Shown: positions 14,301 through 26,800 of the stretch, piece after piece
How positions within the stretch are numbered: the first letter of the stretch is position 1
How the letters are laid out: the number at the start of each line of letters is the position of its first letter
Source of the DNA: Iphione sp. A-MEVVRFRX5
Taxonomy: Eukaryota
NCBI GenBank assembly: GCA_976226885.1
Contig: OZ320317.1
Location: 42,222,001 to 42,286,000 of the forward strand
Length of the DNA: 64,000 nucleotides
Reading direction: 5' to 3'
Made by a program: the position numbers and the translations under genes
Notes under the pieces: generated by a model
What the model saw: the letters and a program-made list of their open reading frames with translations, nothing else
What the model was told of the DNA's origin: nothing
Database searches by the model: none

Positions 14301-17300
14301 ATACCGGTATATTATTGTATCAGTCTGTACTTTTGTCCTACTTGTCCCAATATGTCCTATGTGTTCTTTACCACATTCTGTCAGTCTATAATCATATCTC
14401 TCATGTATCATTCTGTCAGGCTGTCATTATGTCTTTTTTCATTATTTCATTGGTAATTGTGTCTTTCACATCTGATGCTGTCATTCTGTCACCATGCCTG
14501 TTATGTCTGATTCTAAAATTCTGTGTAGTCATTCCTCATTCTATGATTTTGTGTTTTATGTCTCATTCTATGACACCTAATTTGGTTAGTCCCTTGGACT
14601 GTATTTCACAATACAGTTCACCAATCTGTTGTGAAGTTTAATACTTCTTAGTCTGTTATTTTTGATTGGTTTTTTGTAGGTCTAAAAGTATCAGTCTCTA
14701 TTAATGTCTTTTCTGTTTAAACCTCTCAGTCTCCAATTCTGTATCTTATGTTATATTCTAGCATTCTGTTATCATGTCTGTCATGCATTATTCTATTAGC
14801 TTATAATTATGTTTTTTATATCAATTTCTACTATTCTGTAACTGTGTCTGATATATATCATAAAAACATATCAATATATCAGTCTGTAATATTGTCCCAT
14901 TTGTTGCTATGTGTCATTCTATAACTCTGTGTCATATGTCACATTCTGTCAGTCTGTAATCATATCCCTCAAATATAATTCTGGCAGGCTGTCATTGTGT
15001 CTCTTTTTCATTGTTCCATTGGTCTGTCATAATGTCTCTCATATCTGCTTCTGTCATTTTGTCATCGTGCCTGTTATGTCTGATTCTAACAGTCTTTATT
15101 GTCATTCCCTGATTCTATGATTTTGTCTCTTTCCTCCCTTTCTATTAGAGTTCATTCTGTTAGGCTCTTAGACTGTATTTCCAAACACAGTTCATCAATC
15201 TGTAGTGAGGTTTCATATGTCTCAGTTTGTAATTTTTTACTGATCTTTTGTAGGTCGAATAGTATCAGTCTCTATTGATGTCTTTTCTGTCAAAACCTCT
15301 CAGTGGGTAATAATGTCTCCCATGTTACATTCAATCAATCTGTAATCACATCTGTCATGCATTTTCTCATTAGGCTGTAATTATCTCACTGATATCATGT
15401 TCTGCCATTCTGTAACTGTGTCACATATATATCACTGTACCAGTCTGTATTTTTATCTTATTTGTCTCACTATGTCCATCTATAACTATGTGTCATTTAT
15501 TACATTCTGTCAGTCTATAATCATATCTCTTATGTATAAATCTGTCAGGCTGTCATTATGTCTTTTTTCATTATTTCATTGGTAATTGTGTCTTTCACAT
15601 CTGATGCTGTCATTTTGTCATCATGCATGTTATGTCTGATTCTAAAATTCTGTGTAGTCATTCCTCATTCTATGATTTTGTGTTTTATGTCTCATTCTAT
15701 GACACCTAATTTGGTTAGTCCCTTGGACTGTATTTCACAACACAGTTCACCAATCTGTTGTGAAGTTTTATACTTCTTAGTCTGTTATTTTTGATTGGTT
15801 TTTTGTAGGTCTAAAAGTATCAGTCTCTATTAATGTCTTTTCTGTTTAAACCTCTCAGTCTCCAATTATGTATCTTAAGTTATATTCTAGCATTCTGTTA
15901 TCATGTCTGTCATGCATTATTCTATTAGCTTATAATTATGTTTTTTATATCAATTTCTACTATTCTGTAACTGTGTCTGATATATCATAAAAACATATCA
16001 ATGTATCAGTCTGTAATATTGTCCCATTTGTTGCTATATGTCATTCTATAACTCTGTGTCATATGTCACATTCTGTCAGTCTGTAATCATATCTCTCAAA
16101 TATAATTCTGGCAGGCTGTCATTGTGTCTCTTTTTCATTATTCCATTGGTCTGTCATAATGTCTCTCATATCTGCTTCTGTCATTTTGTCATCGTGCCTG
16201 TTATGTCTGATTCTAACAGTCTTTATTGTCATTCCCTGATTCTATGATTTTGTCTCTTTCCTCCCTTTCTATTAGAGTTCATTCTGTTAGTCTCTTAGAC
16301 TGTATTTCTAAACACAGTTCATCAATCTGTAGTGAGGTTTCATATGTCTCAGTTTGTAATTTTTTACTGATCTTTTGTAGGTCGAATAGTATCAGTCTCT
16401 ATTGATGTCTTTTCTGTCAAAACCTCTCAGTGGGTAATAATGTCTCCCATGTTTCATTCAATCAGTCTGTAATCACATCTGTCATGCATTTTCTCATTAG
16501 GCTGTAATTATCTCACTGATATCATGTTCTGCCATTCTGTAACTGTGTCACATATATATCACTGTACCAGTCTGTATTGTTATCTTATTTGTCTCACTAT
16601 GTCCATCTATAACTATGTGTCATTTATTACATTCTGTCAGTCTATAATCATATCTCTTATGTATAATTCTGTCAGGCTGTCATTATGTCTCTTTTTTATT
16701 ATTCCACTAGCTTGTAATTGTGTCTTTCAAATCTGATTCTATCATTCTGTCGTCATGCCTGTTATGTCTGATTCTAAAATTCTGTGTTGTCATTCCCCAT
16801 TCTATGATTTTGTATCTTATGTCTTATTCTATGAGACCACATTTTGTTAGTCCCTTAGACTATATTTCACAACACAGTTCACCAATCTGTTCTGCGGTTT
16901 TATACTTCTCAGTCTGTTATTTTTGATTGGCCCTTTGTAGTTCTAATACTATAAGTCTCTATTGATGTCTTTTCTGTTTAAATCTCTCAATCTGTAATAA
17001 TGTGTCTTATGTTACATTCTAGCATTATGTTATCATGTCTGTCATGCATTATTCTGTAAGGTTATAATTATGTGTTTTATATCAAGTTCTACCATTCTGT
17101 AATTGTGTCTTATATATATTATTAAAAATATATCATTATATCAGTCTGTACTATTGTCCCATTTGTTGTTATATGTCAATCTATAACTCTGTGTCATATG
17201 TCACGTTCTGTCAGTCTGTAATCATATCTCTCAAATATCATTCTGTCAGGCTGTCATTGTGTCTCTTTTTCATTATCCTATTGCTCTGTCATCATGTCTT

Positions 17301-20300
17301 TCATATCTGCTTTTGTCATTCTGTCATCGTGCCTGTTATGTTTGATTCTAACAGTCTGTATTGTCATTCCCTGATTCTATGATTTTGTCTCTTTCCTCTC
17401 TTTTTATTTGAGTTCATTCTGTTAGTCTCTTAGACTGTATTTCTAAACACATTCATCAATATGTAGTAAGGATTCATATGTCTCAGTTTGTAATTTTGTA
17501 CTGATCTTTTGTAGGTGGAATAGTATCAGTCTCTATTGATGTCTTTTCGGTTTGAACCTTTCAGGCTGTAATAATGTGTCCAATGTTATATTCAATCAGT
17601 CTGAAATCATGTCGGTCATGCACTTTCTCATTAGGCTGTAATTTTCCCATTTATATCATGTTCAGCCATTCTGTAACTGTGTCACATATATATCACTGTA
17701 CCAGTCTGTATTGTTATCTTATTTGTCTCACTATGTCCATCTATAACTATGTGTCATTTATTACATTTTGTCAGTCTATAATCATATCTCTTATGTATAA
17801 TTCTGTCAGGCTGTCATTATGTCTCTTTTTCATTATTCCATTAGTCTGTAATTGTGTCTTTCAAATCTGATTTTGTCATTCTGTTGTCATGCCTGTTATG
17901 TCTGATTCTAAAATTCTGTGTTGTCATTCCCCATTCTATGATTTTGTATCTTATGTCTTATTCTATGAAACCTCATTCTGTTAGTCCCTTAGACTATATT
18001 TCACAACACAGTTTATCAATCTGTTGTGTGGTTTTATACTTCTCAGTCTGTTATTTTTGATTGGCCCTTTGTAGTTCTAATACTATAAGTCTCTATTGAT
18101 GTCTTTTCTGTTTAAATCTCTCAGTCTGCAATAATGTATCTTATGTTACATTCTAGCATTATGTTATCATGTCTGTCATGCATTATTCTGTCAGGTTATA
18201 ATTATGTGTTTTATATCAAGTTCTACCATTCTGTAATTGTGTCTCATATATATTGTTAAAAGTATGTCATTATATCAGTCTGTACTATTGTCCCATTTGT
18301 TGTTATATATCATTCTATAACTCTGTGTCATATGGTACGTTCTGTCAGTCTGTAATCATATCTCTCAAATATCATTCTGTCAGGCTGTCATTGTGTCTCT
18401 TTGTCATTATCCTATTGTGTTGTCATCATGTCTCTCATATCTGCTTTTGTCATTCTGTCATCGTGCCTGTTATGTCTTATTCTAACAGTCTGTATTGTCA
18501 TTCCCTAATTCTATGATTTTGTCTCTTTCCTCTTTTTCTATTAGAGTTCATTCTGTTAGTCTCTTAGACTGTATTTCTAAATGCAGTTCATCAATCTGTA
18601 GTGAAGTTTCATATGTCTCAGTTTGTAATTTTGTACTGGTTTTTTGTAGGTTGAAAAGTATCATTTTTATTGATGTCTTTTATGTTTGACCCTGTCAGTC
18701 TGTAATAATGTGTCTCATCTTACATTCAAGCAGTCTGTAATCATCTCTGTCATTCATATTCTCATGAGGCTGCAATTTTTACACTTATATCTTTTTCTGC
18801 CATTCTGTAGCTGTGTAACAGATGTATCATTGTATCAGTCTGTACTCTTTTTCCATTTGTCCCAATATGTCGATCTATAATTATGTATCTCATATTAATT
18901 CTGTTAGTTTTAATCATATCTCTTATGTATCATTCTGTTAGGCTGTCATTATGCATTCTTTTTATTATTCCATTAGTCTGTAACAATGTCTCTCATATCT
19001 GATTCTGTCATTCTGTCATTATACCTGGTATGTCAGATTCTAAAATTCTGAGTTGTTATTCCTCATTCTATGATTTTGTATCTTATGTCTCATTCTATGA
19101 GACCTGATTCTGTTAGTCCTATAGACTATATTTCACAACACAGATCATCAATCTGTACTGAGGTTTTATACTTCTCAGTCTATTATTCTGTACTGGACTT
19201 TTGTAGGTCTAATAGTATCAGTCTCTATTGATGTCTTTTATGTTTAACCCTCTTAGTCTCTAATAATCTGTATGTTACATTGTAGCATTCTGTTATCATG
19301 TATGTCTTGCATTATTCTGTCAGCTTATAATTATGTGTTTGATGTCATGTTGCACCATTCTGTAACTGTGTCCAATATATATCATTGTACCAGTTTGTAC
19401 TGTTGTCCCATTTGTCCCAGTATGTCTGTTTATAACTAAGTGTCTTCTATCATATTCTGTCAGTCAGGAATCATATCTCCCATGAATCATTTTGTCAGGA
19501 TGTAATTTTGTCTTCTTTTCATTATTCTATCAGTCCATCATTGTGTCTCTCATATCTGATTCTGTTATTCTGTCATGGTGCCTATTATGTCTGATTCTAG
19601 CAGTCTGTATTATCATTCCTTCATTCTATGATTTTGTTTATTACCTCTAAATCTATGAGACCTCATTCTGTTAGTCTCTTAGAATGTATTTCTAAACACA
19701 GTTCATCAATCTGTAGTGAGGTTTCTTATGTTTCAGTCTGTCATTTTATATATTTTTTTAGGTGTTATAGTACCAGTCTCTGTTAATGTCTTTTATGTTT
19801 AACCCTCTCAGTCTGTAATACTGTGTCTTATATTACATTCAATCAGTCTGTTATCATGTCTCTGATGCATTATTCTGTCAGCTTATAATCATGTTCTACC
19901 ATTCTGTAACTGTGTCTCATATCAATCATTGTATCAGTCTGTGCTGTTATCCAATTTGTCCCAATATGCCCATCTATAACTATGTGTTTCATATCATATT
20001 CTGTCGGTCTGTAATCATATCTCTCAGGTATCATTCTATCAGGCTGTCATTATGTCCCTTTGTTATAATTCTGTCAGTCTGTTATTGTGTCTCTCTCATC
20101 TGATTCTGTCATTTTGTCATCATACCTATCATGGCTGATTCTGGTATGTAATACTATTAGTCTCTTAGGCCATATTGTGCAAGCCAGTTTGTCAGTCTGT
20201 TGTGAAGTACTGAAATGAATAAGGTCTTATAGTGCTAGTTCCTATTATTTTCTCTTATGTTTCATTCTGTCAGTATGTAATATTTCTCATATCACATTCT

Positions 20301-20700
20301 TACAGTCTGTAACTATGTCCCTCAGTTATTATTCTGTCAGCTTGTAATAGTGCCTCTCATACTAGATTCTACCATTGTGCAACTGTCTCTCTTATATATC
20401 ATTATACTAGTTTGCACTCTTATCCCATTTGTTCTAATATATAGACTTCTAACTGTGTGTTTCATATCACATTCTGTCAGTATGTAATCATGTCTATAGT
20501 ATTATTTCAAGCTGTCATTATGTCTTTATGTTTTCATCATTCCATAAGTCTGTAATTGTGTCTCTTGTATATGATCCTTTCATTCTGTCATCATGAGCAT
20601 TCTGTTGCTCTATTACAACAACTTCTATCAGTCTGTAAGGCTGTATTTCATATCTTACTGTTCAGTCTGGAGTGAGGTTTCATATGTCATAGTTTGTCAT
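11300..20700. repeat. Hierarchical satellite: about 35-bp subunits x16 = about 563-bp monomer; A/B monomers form an about 1.13-kb dimer
   Basis: Anchor CATTCTGTTAGTC (or variant) at 11844, 12416, 12902, 13458, 14027, 14579, 15153, 15708, 16280, 16840, 17415, 17974, 18549, 19106, 19664. Spacings alternate about 556 and about 573 in the core; dimer spacings are 1121-1135. Paralogous ORFs in the track are 1125-1135 bp apart. Confidence 0.92.
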
Positions 20701-23700
20701 TCTGTACCTATCATAGGTCTAACAGTATCAGGCTCTATGCAAGACTTTTATTTTTCACTCTATCAGTCTGCAATAATGTCTCTTATGTATCATTCTGTCA
20801 TCCTATCATGTCACTTGCAGTACTCTCTACCACAGTCTAACAGTCTCTAACTATATCGCTGCATCTCCATTAGCTTGTACGGATGTCTGTTACATCTCGA
20901 TCAAACAGTCTCTAATGGTGTCTGTTGCTCGTCATTCTGTCAGTCTTTAAAGCATACTCTTATGGTTATTTCCATCAGTCTGTTCTTGGGTATCCTATGT
21001 TTCGTTCTGTGAGTCTGCCATTCTACATATCAGTTTTTACTGTCATCCTATATTTACCAGAACCTACCATCATCCTGTTTCTGTTTTCAATCTGTCATGT
21101 TCTGTATACGTCTCTTGTCTCTTTTGTTAAATGACCCTTCTGCAATCTTAATGTCAGCCTATCATTAATCATCATTAGATTTATGGCAGGTCTGTGCCAT
21201 CAGTCACCGTTGTGTTGTCTGTCTTGTCCTATTTCACTATCTGTCCTGTTAAGTGTAGTCTTAGGTTATCAGTTGGATCCGGTCTGGCCCGTCCATTCAT
21301 TTCCTTGCATGTTTATAGTCTGTCAGTAGCGTCTATTACGCCCACAGCCGTGTGTTTTAGTTCTTTGCTCAGAACTCTGTCTATTTTAAGTGGCATTCTC
21401 GTCAATAGGTTGAGGCTTCAATTGTTAGAATCTGGTTTCTCAACACATGAGCTGGTCTGTCAGTCAATTCAAAAACTGAGAATATATATACGGTCTGATA
21501 CTTCGTCAGTTTGTCAGTGCTAGTGTGTAAGGTGAACTTAAATCTTTCTCTATTTCACCGCAACGGAATACATTCATTTCTATTCAAAACACCAGTGCAC
21601 GTAGTGACTCTTCGAAATGACTGTGTCAAACATGGCTTTTCAGTGACCTTTTTTCTCATGCATTTTAGTCGAATCTAGACCTAAAGGTGTACTAGTTTCT
21701 GTTGGCTAGTGGCGCAATATTTGTTGCCAGTTGTGAGGTGAGGTTTTCTGTAAGGTTCCAATGTCATTGTCTCTGTCTGATACCTAATATGGCTGGTAGT
21801 CCGTCCATCGATACGTCAGGTAGATATCATATAAATGAAAGAACACACTGGTCAATAAATCAGTCAGTCTCTTTTTTCGGTATGTCAAACGCAATACAAC
21901 GGCATGGAATGCACACAATAATCTGTGTTGGTAATCTAATATTTCAGTCAGTGTCTCTGAAAACGCGGTAAGGTGATCTACACCATAGTAGATCAGATCG
22001 ATCGCAGTTTTGATACGGTCTATGTCAATCTGTTTGGGAGTTGGTCTGTCGATACTAAGTACTGGTTTTCGTGGTAATTAACGTGGGTGTCAGTGAGTCA
22101 GGAGAATATTCATTAGCCATGTCATCTATTCTGTCAGGAAGGGTGGTAGGCAGTCCTCATGTACAAGACAAAGTGAGTAGCTGCCCTGACAGCACCTCCT
22201 AATCGACATGTGATGTAAACGTTTTGTAAGTATATCTACTATAAACGCGCTAGTGAAGTCAATCTGCCAGAAACGTCTGATATCGTTACATCCTCTACGA
22301 CTAAATGCCCTACTGCCTTTGTATATGTCAGTGTTCCATTTGTCAGCATGTCGGGTACTCCCTATGAAATATATGAAAACATAATATATGCGAATATGTC
22401 ATAAAAGCTCAATTGTTAGTCATAAACGTGGTCAAAACGTATTTTTGTCACCCAATAGATATTCTCTATGCCAGGTTCTCCCATGCGTTATTTTTGTTAC
22501 GCTTTCACCAAAATTAGTCAAAAGGCTCGTCAAAGTGTCTTCATCTATAAAAAAAAAAAAAAAGTTCCGTCGAATTCTCTTTATCAAAATGTTTAACTGT
22601 GTGACCATTAATCAGTATTGTCAGTGCCTATTTGGAATGATATTTAAGCGAGGTAATATTTAACAATGTTTCAGAATAGTGTGCTTTCCAAGTCACGCTC
22701 TTTGTCTCTCTCCTATTTGCTACTTTCATGACCGTCACCTATTTATGCCCGTGGCCTTTACACTTGTCATCTTTGTAGTAATTAAACATCCGTTTCCGTA
22801 CGAACTTAGCTTTATTTATCCTGTGCCTGAATTCTATGCCGTTTAAAGACCAATGCCTATTTAAAGGTTCATATAACTGGTTTCTTCATTGACATGGTAT
22901 GTCCACTTCCCTATTTTTATCTTGTTACGATATCAGTCGTTTATCCTTATTTGTATCCATCTTTCATTGTTTCACAGTGATAAACCATTCATTCTTATCC
23001 TTTCTTGGAATAGAATCACTGCATTATGTCTCTAGATCTCTTAGTCACCTTATTGGGCATAAAAGAATCATTGTGTCTGCTCGTCAGCAACAGCATATAT
23101 AGGTACCAGCTCATTTTTTGTTTTGTTTTGTTCCTAATCCACTTCTATCATATCGTTCTACCTTTTAACTATTTGTTAGTTAGCATAAATGTACATGTTT
23201 ATATATGTATGTGAAATTTCAGCTATTTAATCTGTGTATAGGTATCCTTTATCATACAACAATAGCAGTCACAATAGCAATAACAGCAGTCTCTGTCACT
23301 TCCAGTCGGTAAACAGGCTTTAGTCGTTCTGTACGCATGTCCACTCTTTCACTCTAACTGAGGGTGAGTAGTAAAGGTCAATACGGGTCTGTTTCTTACA
23401 TTTAATTATGTTTCCACTTGTTTGCACTCATCAATCATTCATGAATGTGACAATTAAATTTGACTTTTGTCTGTATTCTATCAAGAACATCTGTTGGTAG
23501 GTTCTTATTTAAAGGACGTTGATTTAAGATCGAATCGGTAAAATATTTCAAAGCTCAATTAAAGTTGGCTTGTTTCTATGCCAAATGAACCGAAAGTACG
23601 TATTTCTTAGAGAACTGCATTCAAAGAATCGTTCCCCGTCTGTCATCCCTACGATGTCATTTACTTCCTGAAAATAAATTTGTTTGAAGTTATTTCAAAC

Positions 23701-23899
23701 GGCGCCTAAATTCGTTCTCATTTATGTTCCTCTGCCCGCCCTAACAAAAAGTACGTTTTTTTTCTATGCTCTCAGTTTTACCGCTTTGTCTGTTGATTGG
23801 ATCGTTCTTTTAAGCCAGTCTGCTTTTGTCTCATTACTTGGAGAAGTAATCATCATAATGATTTTAATTTAAAACGCAGCAGTTTTCTTAGCCTAACTC

Positions 23900-26800
23900 T
23901 TTGGGTGACTATTAATTCCAGTCGCTACCGCACACTGTCAGTGTGAGAGCTTAACTACTCAAAGTTGAATAAACCTAATTCAAGAGAACAGGGAAAACGC
24001 TTTTCCGTTTACCTGTTAATTTCTTCAGTTAGTCGTCCTTACCTGTTCTCTACATCTATGTACACATTGTTCTATGTTTATGCTATTTGTCCATATGTCC
24101 TGTCAAACTGTCATTTACTTTGGTATTTCCTCCGTTAAGTATGTTTTGGTCCATTTGTCTGTCGGACTGTCATGTAGTATCTGAGTATCTAGGTCTGTCT
24201 GCCTTTGGCGCATCTGTCAAACTGACTTCTCTTCCCTTCATTTGCCATTTACATAACTGTGCTGTACTGTATTTGCAGGTTCCCTGTACATTTTCGGTCC
24301 AGCTCGCCTCCAGTGTAACTCTGTTATCCTTATATATTTACACTGTCCTTCAAGATCTCTGTCTTTTTAGATACATTGATATACCAAATTATACGTCAGG
24401 AATTCCGTTTTCCCTTGTTTAGTTACCCATCTCTCGCTTTTACTACTTATATTTCTTTTCATTTACCTGTTCTGTGGCTACCTGCCCTATATTCGGTTTT
24501 CCGTCCCATTCAAATGTTTGTCACTCATTTGGTCTGTTTTTCCTCTGGTCTAGCTGTCTTTTGTTTATTTATTTGTTAATCTACCTGTCCTTGAAGGTAT
24601 GTGTTCACTTGTCCTCATAGTCTAATTATGTCTGCGTCGAGGTATCCATACTTCAGTCTTTCTCATTTTCAGAGTGTCAGTATCTACTTTTCTATTTGCC
24701 CACTCTACTTTGTGTTACATTGTTGTCCTACGGGTATACATGTAGTTGTCTGTCATACCAGTGTCTTACTGTAGCTGTCCGTATTTTTCTTTGCAATATT
24801 CTATTGATTTACATTCATAGCTCTTCCAGTCTCTGTAGAACAGTCCGTCATCTAATCTTTTCCTGTTTTCTCCGAGTTATCTTTTGGTCTATTTTTTGCT
24901 GTCTATATTTCTTTTTGTCTGTATGTCTTTTGCTCTATTTGTTTCATTGTATAGTGCACTGTTTACAACAATTTTCTTATATGTGCAAATATTTACCTCT
25001 TCTCCTGTCTTTTTTCAGTCTATTGACTATTTCCCCCCTTATTCTTTCTGTCTCGTCGTTTAGGTTTCCCTCAATCAACACATCTTGTCCTGTACTAGTT
25101 TCGATGTCATCTGTTCTTTGATTGGTTCGTCAGTTCTCCTCCTTTTGGCTTTCTATGTCTTCGTCTGTTTGTTGGGATATTCATCACTGGCTACTTAACT
25201 GTATATGTCCGTTCACCTTTACCGTCTTTTTCTGTGTTCTGTGTTTGCCTTCTCTGAAACTGCCAATGTACACTGTCGCTTTTGTTCTGTCTCTGTCCAA
25301 CTGTCCTTATCGATTCAACTGCTTGTCTTTCAAAGTATTTGCGCCTATGCATTTGCCCTTCGGGTCTCTTTATAGATCAAGCGCTCTTTTGTTCAATATA
25401 GCTCTTACCCTGCCTCTCCATTTCTTCCATTTACCTTTTGTCTATTATGTATCTGTTATTGTACAGATGTCTTTTCCATTTTTTTATTGTCTTACTCCAA
25501 TCATGCTTGGTGTCTGTAACCGTCCTTTTGTATATTTATCAGTCCATCTACAGATCAACATTTTATCTATATCCACCATTCGTGTCTCAGTCTGTGTACC
25601 TCTCTGTCTATCTGTCGTTGTCTATTCAGCTGCTTTTACATGTAACCTGGTCTAAGTTGCTATCTGTCCCTTGGTCTCGAGGTCATATAGTCTATCATTA
25701 ATTTCATATTCTTGCTTCGTTTATGTACAATGTGCTGAATTAGCTCTTTGCTGCAGTCCCTGTCTCTGTCCCCCGTTTGTCTATTCCCCCCTTGATCTAT
25801 ATGTCTTTCTTTCAATTTTCAGTCCATATACATGTATAATTCCTATGAAGATTCTTTCAAACATTCTCTTTTGTCTCTATTTATAGTTTCTGGCTTTCTG
25901 CCTTTCTGTCTAGGTGTTCAGGTCAGTTCAGGTTTTTTACATATCTGGCAGCCTATCTCTTGTATTTGCTTGCTTGTCTGTCAGTCTCTCCTCTACCTGT
26001 CCTTAAGATAATTGGCATTATGGTGGTTTTGCATATCTATCTACTGGTCCATTCATGTAGAAGCCCTTTGGTCTATGTCTTTTTTGCTGTCTCTCCTACT
26101 AACTATGGTTTCTTTCCTTTTCTGTTTGTCCAAGCCTCTGCTTGTCACATTTGCCTCAGTTAAAGTCTAGTTGCCAGCTTATCAGTCCTGTAGTCGTTCT
26201 TTCCTGTAGTCTTTCTTTCTTACAGTCTCTCTTCTGATGATATTTTTAGTTCTACTGGCTTAAGGTATACATGTATTTGCCTCTCTGTCTACCTCTCCTT
26301 TATATGCACGTCTTTTAGTCTATCATTCTGTTATGCGGCCATGTCCTCTCAAATATCCACTTTGTCTACATGAGGTTGTCAAATAAATCTTTTTCTCATT
26401 CGATTCTTCAGTCATGCTTTTGTATATCTAGCTGCGTCTATCTGTCCTTCTGTCCAGTGGTCCTATCATTTACTAGTTTCATGAATGTTCTCTTAACTAG
26501 ATGTATATATAGTGGTCCTTTCATAATTGACACTTCCTTTTACAGGTGATTTCTTTAGCTGTATGAGAACTATTGGTTATAGGAATAGATTATAGCAAAA
26601 GCTCCAAGTTTCTCAAAAACCAGTTGATCAAGGATTATAATTCGGTTGTGTGTTAGTCAGTTACAGAGAGACCACTGTATGTCTATATGTATGTCTCTCT
26701 TTATGTGTATTTGCGACGTTGCTTATGGTCATATTGTCTCCTTATTCCCTGGTCATTTGGCCTTTCTGTCTAATTGTCGTTCTGTCCTCCTTCTTCTAAC

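Noticed and set aside
11300-20700. 35-bp periodicity resembling a CRISPR array; many Cys/Leu/Ser-rich plus-strand ORFs
   Set aside because: The units are contiguous diverged repeats with no unique spacers or cas genes, in eukaryotic DNA. The ORFs are short, stop-riddled and explained by T/C skew; 35 is not a multiple of 3.
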